Of a stretch of 50,305 nt of DNA, positions 35,419 to 47,000 are shown one piece after another. How positions within the stretch are numbered: position 1 is the first letter of the stretch; each line of letters begins with the position of its first letter. Made by a program: the position numbers and the translations under genes. Origin of the DNA: Cyanophora paradoxa CCMP329 (Eukaryota; Plantae; Glaucophyta). The DNA lies in contig QPMI01000356.1 of assembly GCA_004431415.1 (NCBI GenBank), forward strand, positions 1 to 50,305, written 5' to 3'. The notes beneath the pieces are model-generated. The model was not told the DNA's origin. It did not search any database and saw only the letters and a list, made by a program, of their open reading frames with translations.

Positions 35419-38196
35419 ATGAACGGCTCGGCGAACGCGCTGCCAGCTCGGCGGTTTGCGAGCGCCTTGCCTTGGACGAACATCGTAGGCATCCCTGCAT
35501 TCTGCTCTCGATTGAAATAACGCCGCACTTCCCAGTTCGTCGACTCGTTCGTTCGCGGCGGAGCAGGCCCGGGCAGCCCAGGACCCGTCTTCTTTCTTTC
35601 TCATTTCCATAGCGGTGAGCAGCGCCGCGCTCTTCTCCATCTGCCTTCGCCGGTCCGCGCCGGCCTAGCGCTGCTCATTCAAACCGCGCAGACCACTATG
35701 CGGGGATCGAGTGGCTGCAGGGGACAGGAGCACGCGTCTACACGTCACAGGTCACAAGGGATCTCCTGCTGGACCGCTTCCGCATCGATCCGCGGGCCGT
35801 GGTCCCTCTGGAGGAGATGCGGCAGCACGTGATCGACCTCGACCCGGGCCCCGCGGGCGCCGTCCGCGTCGCCGTGACCCTCATCCCCGCCCGCAGGCGC
35901 GCGCTTGCAATTGTTCGAGACGACGCTAATGGCCCAGAACCGCCCGCGCCGCGCTCACAGTCGCCGCAGCCACTGTCCTGGAGCGGTTCTGCTCCTGTTC
36001 GAAGGTGAGCGTGCGCGCGCATGCGCATACGGCCGCGGCTCTCTAGGCTATAGCCGGATTCGCGACCCTGAGCGTGACCTTTGAGCGCGTGAAGGTTACT
36101 TCGGTCGGTACCTCCACACGGGTCAGCCTCTTCCTCTCGAAGCCCCCCACTCGTCCGCGCTCAGATTTGATCTGGACCTCAGGTGACTTCCGCTACGATG
36201 ACTCGACGCGAGAGCTGCTCCTACCCCTCGTCTCCGGCCCGGGAAGGGGGGTAGACATTCTCTTCGCCGATACGACGTTCGCGGACCCCCTCTGGCGCGC
36301 CTTCCCAACCCAGGTCCCTCTGCCCGGCCCTACCCCCCTCCACCCCTGGCCACGGCTCACCCGACCCGCGCAGCAAGCCGCGCTGCAGCAGATCATAGGT
36401 GCGCGCGGCCGGAGCCCGAGCGCCGCGGCCCGGCCCTCCGGGGACGCGCCGCCCTCGCCTCAGATCTGATCGAGAAGCGGGCGCCGCCGCCGCTGCCGGT
36501 GTACATCGACACGCGGGGGATGCTGGGGACGGAGGGCCTCCTCGCCGGCCTCGCCCGCCACTTCCGCTGCAGGGCCCGCCCCCGCCCCCGTCCTCTCTCG
36601 TCGCCGCCCCCTCGCCCGACGCCGGCGGCCGCGGGCAGGTGTACCTCTCGGAGAAGCAGCACCGGCAGGCGCGCGCCTGCGCCCTCGGCGACCCTGACCC
36701 CGCCTTCCTCGACGCCTTCACCTCCGTCGTGCACACCCTCCCCCCACCGCCGCTGAGCCCGCCCTCCCCCCTCACCCCACACCAGGAATCCGAGACGAGG
36801 CTCCGGGCGGTCCGTGTACCCCTCGAGACCTACCGAACCGCCCTCCAAACCATTGCCGAGTCGCTTCCCCCCGGTGCGCCACGCCGGCCTTCCGTACCCC
36901 GGCCCGCCGGCGCCGCGCCGCGCCGCGCCTGAAGCTCCGCGCAGGAAGCCGTATCCCCCTCTCGCGCCTCCCCTTCCTCCTCATCCGCCCCTCGACGCTC
37001 TGGTTCGGCCTGCGGGTGTGCTTCTACACCGCCTGTCCACTTTGGTAGCGTTGGATGCCGTACCCCGCAGAACGGGCGGGTCGAGAAGGCGCTGGCCGGC
37101 CCCATACGCCGGGGGGCCGTCTGGGTGCGCGCTCCCTCGCTCCTCCCGGACGGCGCAACCTCCCGAGACGCCGGGCCCCGCAGCACGTGCTCTTCTCGAT
37201 CCACAGCTCCTCCTCGGAGCTGCGGGCCTTCGTCGCCGCCGTCCGCCCGCGCCGCATCGTGCCCCTCCTGCACCTCTCCGCGCGCCAGGCGCGCCTCCCC
37301 GCCGGCGACGGCGGCGCGGCGGCCCCTCTGAGCGCCTGCAGCTGGCGCCCCTGGAGAGGGCCCTGGAGCGATCGCCGTGCGCGCGCCCCGCGCTGCCGGC
37401 GGCCGTGCGGCGCTGGTTCGGCCTCGCCGCCGAGCCCAAGGGGCCGCCCGAGCCCCCCGACCTCTCCGACTCCTACCGCGAGGTCCCTCGCCCCGCACCC
37501 CGCCCCACGCACCGCCCCGCCCCCGCCCGAGCGCGACCGGCCCGCAGTGCTCGTGCCCGGACGACGAGGGGCGGAGGAGGGCGGCGGGGCGGGGAGGGCG
37601 CGGGGGCGGAGGAGGATCTCGACGAGGGACGCTTCGCCGACGACCCGCCGGGTCCGCCCCCGCGCCCCGGCGCTCCCCGAGCGGGGTGGCGCTGAGGGGC
37701 GTCGGCAGGGGGCCCGGGCGGGGTCGGGCGGGAGCCCCGGAGGCGGGGGAGGGTGTCGAGCTCCCGGCCGCGTCAGAGCAGGGCCCGCCCCCCGCCGCCC
37801 CCGCCGCCCCCGCCGCCCAGCCGCCCTCCGCGCTCCCCGAGGGCCCGCCCTGGAGGGCCGCCCCGCCGAGGGCCGCCGCCCGCCGGCTGCTGGCCCCGCG
37901 CGCCGCGGCTCGGGGCGGGGGCGGGGCGGGGGCTCGCGGGGCGGCGGCCGGGGAGGCCGGCGGAGGGCGCGCCGCCCCCCGCCAGCGAAGGGTCGCAGGC
38001 CTCCGGGGAGGCCTCCCCCGCGCCCCGCAAGCGGCCCCGCACAGGCCCCGCCGCCCCCGCGCCCGCCGCCCCCGATCCGCCGCCGCCGCCGCTCTGGCGG
38101 GTGCGGGCGGAGCTGAAGGGGAACAAGATTGCGTCCGCCCCTCGCGCCGCCCTCCTCCGCCTCCTCGCCCACCTCGAGGCCGCCGCGGCCGCCTGA
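35419..38196 (+). CDS. SNM1/Artemis/Apollo (DCLRE1) family beta-CASP metallo-beta-lactamase nuclease
   Basis: MNGSAN...WTNI|FVDSF...FFLSHFHS|DHYAGI...VYTSQVT, TLIPA..HCPGAVLLLFE, TSGDFRY, DILFADTTF, HVLFSIHSSSSELRAFVAAVRPRRIVP. Confidence 0.9.
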
Positions 38197-38476
38197 CGCC
38201 CAGCCCGCACTCCAACGGACCTCTGAAGTCTGGCCGACGCCCAGGGGGCTCGCCGCCGCCGGGCGAGGTCCCCCGCCCATCGATAACTGTATACGGTGTC
38301 CGTACGCGTATATATTGCCTTGCGACCCCCGCGCCGCCCTTCGCTGCAACCGGAGCAGTATCTCATTGCGGACGATGCATCTAACGTTTGTATTTAGCAG
38401 TAACGATAAGCGCGGACGTGGAGGTTTTTAGTAGGCTAGTGGGGTGCGGGTGGCGGGGCGGGGGCGGGGGCCGGGG

Positions 38477-39378
38477 TCAGGAGGAGCGCATGGCCTCGGA
38501 GGAGAGGGCGAGGAGGGCGGCGCGGGCGGAGTCGAGGTCGGCGCGGGCGGCGCCGAGCTCGGCCTCGAGGGCGGCGACCCTGGCCTCCGAGGCAGCCACC
38601 CGCGAGCGCGCGATCGCCTCCCGCGTCGCCGCCAGCGCGCCCCCGAGGCTCGCCCCCCCGCACTTGCTGCACGTGCCCGAGGAGGCCTCGGACCCCGCCG
38701 CCGCCCCCCCCTGGCCCCGCCCCGCCTGCTGCGGGGGGAAGATGGACCAGGGCGGCTGGTAGACCGGCCCGCCCGGCAGCTGCGACATCATCGCGAAGCC
38801 CGAGGTCACGGGGGAGGCAATGGGAACGCCGCCGGCCGTCGCGGAGACGGCCGCCGCCGCCGCCGTGAGCCACGGGGAGCCGGATACGAGGCTCTGCCTC
38901 GCCGAGCCGCCCGCGATCGGCGAGTCGGTGCCGCCGCCGTTTGTGGCCGGCATCGCGGCCGGTGGTGGGAGCCAGGACTGCGCCGCTGCGTGTCCAGACG
39001 GGGAGCCCACCAGCCCGAAGCCCGGCATCATCAAGCCGTTCCCGGGGCTCGAAAGCTGGGCGCCCGGCGAGACGGGCGACACTCCAGAAGCTCCGGCAGC
39101 AGCAGTTAAGGTAGCCAGACGCTCCCGCTGCCGCTTCCGGTACCTGCGCATCACGCCTCAGCTCAAGGTGCATCTTGCGCAAGATCGAGGCGCGATCACC
39201 GTCTGGCGGCTTCCGCGTTCATCTGCCGCTTTCGCTCAATATCGTCAGTAGTTTTTTGTTCCCCTCCGCCTCCGGCGCCTCCATCTTCTCGCCCCGATCC
39301 GCTCTCTCCCCCCTCTTCAGCGCGCGCCACCAGCGTGGCCGCTTCGATGACTTCGTTCCGCTGGCCGCCCCTCGGCAT
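38477..39378 (-). CDS. bZIP-type transcription factor
   Basis: One intron joins DDIERKRQMNAEAARR|YRKRQRERLATL (N-x7-R basic region). C-terminal heptads VAASEARVAALEAELGAARADLDSARAAL. Confidence 0.75.
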
Positions 39379-39643
39379 GCCCAAAAGCACGCCAAGCGCT
39401 ACGCAAAGCTAAGCTTCCCTAGCTAAGTTTACGATGCTGGCTGAGAAGATCGGGAATCGAAAAGGCGATGCCGAAGCTGGGCTAGGGCAGCCGCGAAACA
39501 CGGGGCAGAAGCCTCACGCGTGCAGGCGGCGAGAGCCGGATGAGGCAAGAAGCCGCAGCGTCGCCAAGCGAGGCCGTGGGGTGGGGGTGAATTGTTTTTT
39601 CAGGGAGGGTACACAGAGACCCGGCCGAAAGCGGAGTGCGAGC

Positions 39644-40243
39644 TATGGCGGGGAAAGGCGGCGGGTTTCAGGTGCGGCACGGCTCGCCAGTCTTCTCTGT
39701 GGCGCACTGCAACCCGGAGGCAGGTCTCGGTGGACAGCGCGGCGGGATATGACAAGGAGATGCTCTTTACAGGCCTGGCAGTAGTTGAAGTCATGAGCGG
39801 TGCGTGGCGAGCCTCCCGGGCTGCTGCGTGGCGCCGGAGCGCCAACAATCGCGCAGGCTACTACGGGCCGTGCAAGTGTGTAGTGAACTTCTTCAAGAAC
39901 CTGTACTTCGAGGTGCCGGATGCGGAAACGAAGATCAAGTTCATTATTGTGAGCACTTGATCCGAAGCGGGGCCGGGGCCGCGAGGGGATGCGGGCCTCA
40001 CGCGGCGCGCCTTGCGCAGGCGGACGCGGACAAGATTCCGAAGCTAGCTGAGTACTCAGAGAAGGCGGAGCCCACGTTCCTCTTCTACAAGGTGCTCCCC
40101 GCGCGCCCGCCCCGCGCGCCGCGCAGAATCCCGCGCTCGTCGGCCAACCGGGGTTCCCTCGCGAGCAGAAGGGGCAGCTTCTAGAGAAGATCAAGGGCGT
40201 GCAATCCCCAGCCATCCGCAACCTGATAAAGAACAACGTATAG
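39644..40243 (+). CDS. Thioredoxin-like protein resembling outer-arm dynein light chains / NME8-NME9 N-terminal domain
   Basis: Five exons: MAGKGGGFQ|VSVDSAAGYDKEMLFTGLAVVEVMS|GYYGPCKCVVNFFKNLYFE...KIKFII|ADADKIPKLAEYSEKAEPTFLFYK|KGQLLEKIKGVQSPAIRNLIKNNV*. Confidence 0.8.
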
Positions 40244-40707
40244 CGTAGTGTGAGCCATGTACAGTAGGAGTAGCACGCGTGTGTTGTAGGTCAGGACGCC
40301 TCTCCCGGCTGGCGACGGGCACAGCGGTCTTAGCTTCAACGGGCTTCTGCACTTCTGCAGCCCGGCAGGCGGCGGCGGGGCGGCAGCTGCGGCGGCAGCG
40401 GTGGCGGCTCTTAGCACGGCGTTGCTGCTCCGGGACGAGCGGGCTCCAGCGCGCTGGGCACAGGCGAGGCGCGGCAGTGCAGAGCCCATGGCGAGCGGGG
40501 GCGGGGGCGGAAGGGGCAAAGGGCTGGAGGCGGTGGACCGCGGGCCGCCGAGAGAGGGTCGGCAAGCGCATCCATGTCGGACCCGGATGGAGTCTCGTGA
40601 ATTCTAACAAAAAGCAACAAGGGCGGCGGAACGGCGAAAGAGCAGGCAGCTATGCGAAAAGCCTAGCTATAGAGGGACGCAAGTGTAAAGAGAGAGCAGG
40701 GGGGACT

Positions 40708-43420
40708 CTAATGGGCACTGGCGGCGCCCGGGAATGGGAGGCGGGCGGCGGCGGCGAGGAGCTTGCGGGGCTGCGGGGGGGCGCGGGGCCGTGCGGGGTG
40801 AGCAGGCGGGCGGGGGCGCGGGGGCGGCTGGAGGGGACCTCGAGGGGGACGGAGGTGTGGAAGCCGGCCTCGAGGAAGACCGCCACGAAGAGCGGGCTCA
40901 GCGGGATCATCGCCTGCGCGGCCGTGAGGGGCGGCCGGGGGGCGGGGGGCGGGCGGGTGCGGGGCGGACGGCCCAGGTGACGGCGAGGCAGGCGAGGCGG
41001 GGCGCCCGCCTCCGCAGGCCCGGCAAGAGCTTCGAGAGGGCGACCTGCCGCCCGTTGGGGGGGGGGGGGGGGGGGGGGGGGGGCGAGGGGGCGGGGGCGC
41101 CTGGGCGATGCAGAGGGCGTAGTGGGCGAGGAAGAAGAGGACGTGGCGCCCCCGGCCGTCCGGTTGAGCGTCACCAGGCACAGCTGCGCCCGCCCTCAGC
41201 GCACCGGGGGGGGGGCATGCGAGGAGGGCCCGGTGGGCCTCCTAGAGCTGGGAGCGGGGGCGGACGGGGTGGGGCGGGCGGGGCGGGGCGGGGCGGGGGC
41301 GGCGCGCGTATTCGTGCATGAGGCCGGAGTAGAGGAAGACGGCGAGGGCCGAGGCCGCCGCCCGCGCCCGCTCCTGCGCCGCCTCACGTGGGGGCGGGCG
41401 GCGCAGGCGGGCGGGCGGGCGGGCCTCGGCGGGAGGCGCTGGGAGAGGGCCGACGCGAAGTGGAAGACGGAGAGGCGGCGGGCCTGCGGGAGGCTCAGGG
41501 GGGAGGGCGGGGCGCGCGGCGGGGGCGCGGCGCACCTGGCCCTCGCTCCTCCGCCGCTGCCGGCGCCCGCGCCTGCGGGCCCCGCAAGGGTCGGGCGGGG
41601 GCAGGGCGAGGGGAGGGGCGGGGAGGGGAGGGGGCGCACGGGCGGTCCTCGGGGCGGGGGCGGGCGGGGCCTCGCCGCGGGCGTAGAGGGGGCGGAGGAG
41701 GCGGGGGAGCCGGGTGGCAGGGGCGAGGGCGTCGGGCGCCCGGCCCCGCCCCTCGGGCCTCGCCGGCGTCCCCGGCCGGCTATCGCCTCCGCTCGCGCTG
41801 TGGGGCCGGTGTGGGCGCCCCCACGAGGGCGGGCACCGCAGGGCGGGAGAGGCGGGGCGGGGCGCGCACGGGCGGCCCGGCGCGCCGCGGGACCCGTCCC
41901 CGTGCGCGCTGTGCCCGTTCCCGTCGCCGTTGCCGTTGCCGACGCGGTACTTGTCGAAGATCAGCTCCCGAGCCAGCACGCTGAAGCTGCGCGGGGCGCT
42001 CAGGGGCGGGGCGGGGCGCTTGGGGCGGGGCGGGGCGGGGCGGGGAGGGCGCGCCCCGTGTTCCAGCGGTTGCTCCAGAAGTCGCGCGGGGAGGTGCAGA
42101 ACCAGGGGTTGTCTGCAGACCGCGTCACCCGGCAAGGAGAGGGCGGGCGGCGCGGGCGGCGGGGCGCGCCGAAGATGTCGGAGAGCTTCACGTGCGGAGC
42201 GAGCACGCCGATGAGCCCGTTTTGCACGTCGAACGCCCCGCTGAGGAAGAAGTACCCCTGCCCGACAAGGGTCACCCCGCGCGGCCTCGTGAGGGCGGCG
42301 GGGGCGGGGGGCGGGCGGGCGGGCGGGGGCGGCGTGCCGCGATGATGGCCTGGTGGCAGTAGATCTGAGTCGGCGGGTGAGGCCGGCGGGGCGGGGCGCG
42401 CGCTCACGGCGCAGAACCCGGCAGGGCGCACCGTGTACCAGAAGAAGGGAAGGGCGCGGAAGTCGAAGCGCTGGAGGGCCCACACCCAGAGGGCCCAGAG
42501 GGCGAACTTGCCCGCGGCGCGCGCGAGGCGGGCGGCGCCGGCGCGGTACCCCGCCCGCACGTCGGCGTCGGAGGCGTCGGTCTTCGCCTTGACGCGGCCT
42601 CCCTCGGGGAAGACGAGGAGCGAGGCGGCGAACTCGGCGGGGCTGAGGTGCCGCAGCTGCAGCGGGTTCCGCACGAAGAAGAGGACCGCCGTCTGCGCGC
42701 GCGCGGGGAGCGGGCCGTGAGCGGCGCCGCCTCTCGAGGGGCGGCACGCCGCGCGCCTTCATTGTCAAGAGGAGGCCGAGCGTGACGAGGCAAAAGTCGC
42801 TGACGGGGAACTGCGGGAACAAAGCATGGTGAGGTACCGGATCGGGTGAACGCGGTGCTGGCGCGGGGGGGGGCGAACGCCAGTGCGGAAGGCCACAGGA
42901 AAGGTCAAGCTAAAAAGGAATCAGCCGCTGGGGGCTCCGCGGCTGCGCGACGGAGGACAGCGCACGAGAGGAAGACGACAGGCATCGCAGCTCGTCTGAG
43001 GCCGCGCTCGTCGTTGATGAGCTGCGCGGCGGCGGCGGTGTCAACGCCGGACGCGTACGCGAGTGTAATCGTGCATTTCAGACACGACCAACGACATCTG
43101 GACTAGCCCTAGCAGCTGTTTGGCTAGCAGTGGGCCGCCGGTCGAATCGTAAGGGCTCAGACAGATAGGCAAGCGACGTCGAAAATCACAGGGCACAGGG
43201 GAGGCCCGCGTCGCCGGCGTTCCGCAGGGCGGCGTCGCGCGTGCGCCCGAACGGACGACGGGAGACGTCGACGCACCAAGACGGCGAGGAAGAGGTACAC
43301 GCAAGATGCGCCGAGCACGCTGAACTCAAACGCGGCGCCTTTGGGGCGCAGCGGCTCGGCGTCGTGCAGCTTCTTCAGCGCGGCCTCGAGGGCTTGCTCG
43401 ACGCGCTCGGCGGTCTCCAT
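40708..43420 (-). CDS. MBOAT_2 / wax-ester-synthase-like O-acyltransferase
   Basis: METAERVEQALEAALKKLHD..., LSDIF|DNPWFCTSPRDFWSNRWNT|SFSVLARELIFDKY, AVFLYSGLMHEY (catalytic His), VLFFLAHYALCIAQ. Confidence 0.85.
43072..43187 (-). mobile_element. 116-bp dispersed structured element, copy 2 (inside intron 1 of the MBOAT gene, sense orientation)
   Basis: Reverse complement matches 15015-15130 with 3 substitutions. Host intron 43022-43276 is ~255 nt versus ~60 nt for most introns here. Confidence 0.85.
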
Positions 43421-43518
43421 ACGCGGCAGTCGCGGTGCGGCCAGCTGCAGTCGCGGGGAGAACGCGGCCGCGACGCGCCCGCGGGGCTGTACAGGTGCGA
43501 CGGAGGAAAGAGTGACAC

Positions 43519-43573
43519 CCGCTCGGACAGCCTCGACAGCCGCTCGGACAGCCCCGACAGCCGCTCGGACAGC
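43519..43573. repeat. 21-bp tandem repeat x2.6 (CCGCTCGGACAGCCYCGACAG)
   Basis: Read directly; lies just upstream of the MBOAT start. Confidence 0.85.
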
Positions 43574-43627
43574 GCGCCAGAGGGGTACGGCTCGTTGCAA
43601 ATTGACGTACCCAAACCTTTATGCTGC

Positions 43628-43679
43628 TGCATTTCAGACACGACCAACGACATCTGGACTAGCCCTAGCAGCTGTTTGG
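43628..43679 (-). mobile_element. 5'-truncated (52 bp) copy 3 of the element, flanked by TGCTGC direct repeats
   Basis: Identical to 43072-43123. TGCTGC occurs at 43622-43627 and 43680-43685. Confidence 0.8.
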
Positions 43680-44005
43680 TGCTGCACGTGCCGGCGTTGC
43701 CGCCGCGGGAGCCAACTTTAAAGACGACGTCAGTGACTAGATCTAGATTCGCAACTTCAACGGCGTGTTGGGCGCATCGCATCAACATCAACGCACTTGC
43801 AAGTTGTAACGCCGGTCCCGCAAGTCGACGCACTTGCAAGTCGACGTCGCGGGGGGCGCGCGCGCTGATCGCATCAACCTTACCTAACGTCTAGACACCA
43901 GCATCGGCGCGCACTTGTGCTGCAGCTGCGCGTTCTGCGGCAGCGCATCGCGTCCAGCCGGTCTCCCTGCCGTCTGGCAGTCGCATGCGCAGCGTAGCAG
44001 CGGGA

Positions 44006-47000
44006 ATGAGTCCTTCCGGTGGCCTCGAACCGGAACCAGTTTCTGCACCGGACGCGTACGACTGCGGCGAGCCCGCGACCGTCGCTCTGGTCCGGCGCCT
44101 CTCCCTTTCCAAACCTGGGCGCTGCGGGGCGTGCTCCTGCTCCGCGTGCGGCTGCGGCTGCCACGCCGCCCTCTCCCTCGCGGCGCGGCGGCACTCGGGC
44201 GGTTCGGCGGAGGTTTGCGAGCCGCCGGTCGCGCCGGCGGCATGCGCACCCTACTCTCACATCTCCGCCCGCGGCCGCTCGCCGACGCGCGGGCGGCGCG
44301 GCTCCTCGCGCGGCCTGGCCATCCCCTCGGCGCCGCCGGTGCCGCCGGCCGCCCCGGAGCCGGCGGCGGGGGAGGAGCGGGAGACGCTGCTACGGGGCCT
44401 GCGGCGGGCGCAGGGGCGCCCGCGCGAGTTCCTCGCGCGCGCCGCCGAGCTCATCGCCGGCGCGCTGCGGGCCCCGGCCGCCGAGGTCTGGTCCTTCGAT
44501 GGCGAGGGCGAGCTCGGCGGGGAGCCCGTCGCCTCGCACCGCGCCCCGGGGCCCCGGCCCTGGACGTCCCGGGGCCCTCCGGCGCCCTCCTCCGCCGCCT
44601 TGTCGCCCGCCCCGGGCGGCCCCTCGCCGCCGACTTCGAGACGGCCGCCGGCCGCGCCTTCGCCCTCTGCGCCCTCGCCGCCGCCGGGCCCGACGCCCCG
44701 CCCTCGGGCGTCCTCACGGCGCGCCCTCCCCTCCTCCTCCCCCCCTTCCTGACGGGGCAGCGCCAGGTCTTCTTCCGGGAGCGGGCGGGACGGGAGGGGG
44801 CGCTGGCGGCCTGGGGGCCCTGCCTGTGCGAGGCCGCCGAGTTCGTGGCGGGCGGCATCGAAACCCGCCGCGCCCTCGACGAGGCCGTGCGCCCCCGCGC
44901 CGCGCCGCCCGCCCGTGCCGGCGGGGGCGGGTGCTGAGGGGCGGGCGGGGGCAGGCGGGGGCGCAGGCGGGGCTGCTGGCGTCGACGGCGCTCTTCAAGG
45001 CGCGGCTGGAGCGGCGGGCGCGGGACCAGGAGGCCCTCGCCTCCATCTCCCGCACCCTCCTCGCCCACCAGGCCCGCCCCGCCCCCGCCCCCCCGCCCCC
45101 GCCCCACAGAGAGACCCCGCTGCGCCGCGGCCCCGGGCAGGGCGGGGCGGGGGCTGAGGGGGCGGGCAGGCCGGGGAGGGCCTGGAGGAGCTCTGCTCGC
45201 GGAGCGCGGCGGCCCTCGGGCCCATCCTCCGCGTCCACCGCGTGTCCGCCCCCCACCCCCCCCCCTTCAGCCGACGCCTTGAGCCCTCAAGCCCCGCGGC
45301 CATGCGCGCTCTCCTCCGCCGCCTCCACCTTAGCCGCCGCGCGGGGGCCGCAGCTTCGTGTGGGACTACACCGACGCTTCGTACGCGAGCGGCGCCGGGT
45401 ACCCCCGCGGCGCCTGGACCTCCCCCGCCATCTTCGCCCCGGTACCCCCGCCCCTCCCCCCCGCCCCAGCGCCCTTGGCTGCGTCTCGGGTGCGAGAGCG
45501 GGGGCAGGGGGGCCCGAGGGAGCGGGTCGGGGAGCGGCTGGAGAAGCTCGAGGCGCCCGTCGTGCGGGCCCTCGCCGCCGCCCTCGACGAGAGCCCCGGT
45601 GCCCCCCCCCCCTTCTTCCTTTCCTTCTTCTTCTATTTCCAAGCGCCCTCCTCCTCGTTCGCCAGAGGGCGTCTTCCGCTGCGGCAGCGTGGGCGAGGCG
45701 CTGCTGCGGGCGGGGCCCCTCGCCGCCCCCGGGCTCGACCTCGCCGCCTGGCAGGCCGAGGCCGGGCGCAGCGGCGTCGGGCGCGGCCACTCCCGCAGCC
45801 TCGTCGCCCGCGCCGCCTTCCAGGGCGCCCCGCAGGGCCGCCCCTCCCCCGCCCGCCCCGCCCCGGCGGCCGGCCGGCTGAGGGGCGGGGCGGGGGCAGG
45901 GTTCGTGTGCGTGTCGGTGGAGGGGGCGCGGGGGCCGGGGGCGGGGCGGCGTGGGGCCCCGAGGACGTCGCCTCCTCCGCCAGGCCGCCACCAGCTCGGC
46001 GTCGTGCGCCCCCGAGCCCCGCCCGAGACCCCGCCCCGGCCCGCCCCCGACGCCGCGGCGGGGCGGGGCAGGCGATGGCGCACGCGCGGCTTGTGGCGCG
46101 CTTCCGCGAGCAGAACGCGCGCCTCGAGGCGCAGCTCAACTACTCCCGCCTCTTCCAGGCCGTCCGCCCCGCGCCGCCCCGCCCCGCCCCGCCCCGCCCC
46201 GACGGGCGGGGCTGAGGGGGCGGGGGGCAGATCACGCGGGAGATCCACCAGGCGCGGGGCGTCCGCGAGGTCTTCGAGATCGGCGCCCGCATGGCCGCCC
46301 CGCCCGCCCGGCATCCCAGCGCCCCGGGGGGCCCACGCGGGGCGCCAGGTGCGGGAGGCGCTGCGGTGCAGCCGCTGCCGCGTCACTTGCCTCGACGACT
46401 TCAGCCTCGACGCGCGCGCCCCGCGCCCCGCGCCCCCGCCCCTCACAGCCCGCAGGCCGTGAGCGTGGATCCCGAGGAGAGCGCGAGGGCGGCGGGCACC
46501 CCCCGCCGCCCTCCTCCGAGGTCTACGCCGGTGCGCGGGGGCCGGCGCCGGGGCGCGCCGCTGCTCCTGACGGCGGGGGCAGAGGCGATGGGGAGGTGAC
46601 GGAGGGGGCCCGGGCCCCTCCGCGTCGTCGCCGCCATCTTCCAGAAGGGCCCGCCCCGCCCGCGGCCCGCACTGAAGTGGACGGATCTGGGGGCCGCTAT
46701 TTCAAGGGCCTCTTTTAAGGCCGCTGCTAGTTTAATGAGGCTTAGTCTAAAACTAAGGGCCGCTGCTAAGGCCCAAATAGGATCTAAGGCGGACCTGGAG
46801 GATCTAAGGGCTGCTAATATATACAACGCCCGGCCCGCTCTTGGGGGCCTCACGGGGGGGGGCGCGCTGCAGCGAACCGGGCGGTGATCCCGCTGGAGGA
46901 CGTGGAGAGCGCCGGCGTCCTCGCCGACTTCGGCCTGCCCCCGCCGTCGTCCAGGCGCCGCCCCGCCCCGCCCCCCGCACCCCGCAGCCCCCACGCCTCC

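Noticed and set aside
35233-35640. 135-aa minus-strand ORF upstream of DET2
   Set aside because: It overlaps antisense to the first SNM1 exons, including the HFHSDH motif.
36040-36090. Apparent in-frame TGA in the SNM1 gene (possible Sec or readthrough)
   Set aside because: Using the next AG (GGCTATAG|CC) gives an open frame into DLIWTSGDFRY.
15015-43679. The repeat as a CRISPR array, tRNA, 5S rRNA or hammerhead ribozyme
   Set aside because: Copies are dispersed with no spacers. There is no cloverleaf or properly spaced A/B boxes, no 5S similarity, and no CUGANGA core on either strand.
43790-43850. TAACGCCGGTCCCGCAAG resembles part of a twister ribozyme
   Set aside because: Remaining conserved elements and pseudoknot partners were not found. 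Better explained by the local repeat ACGCACTTGCAAGT.
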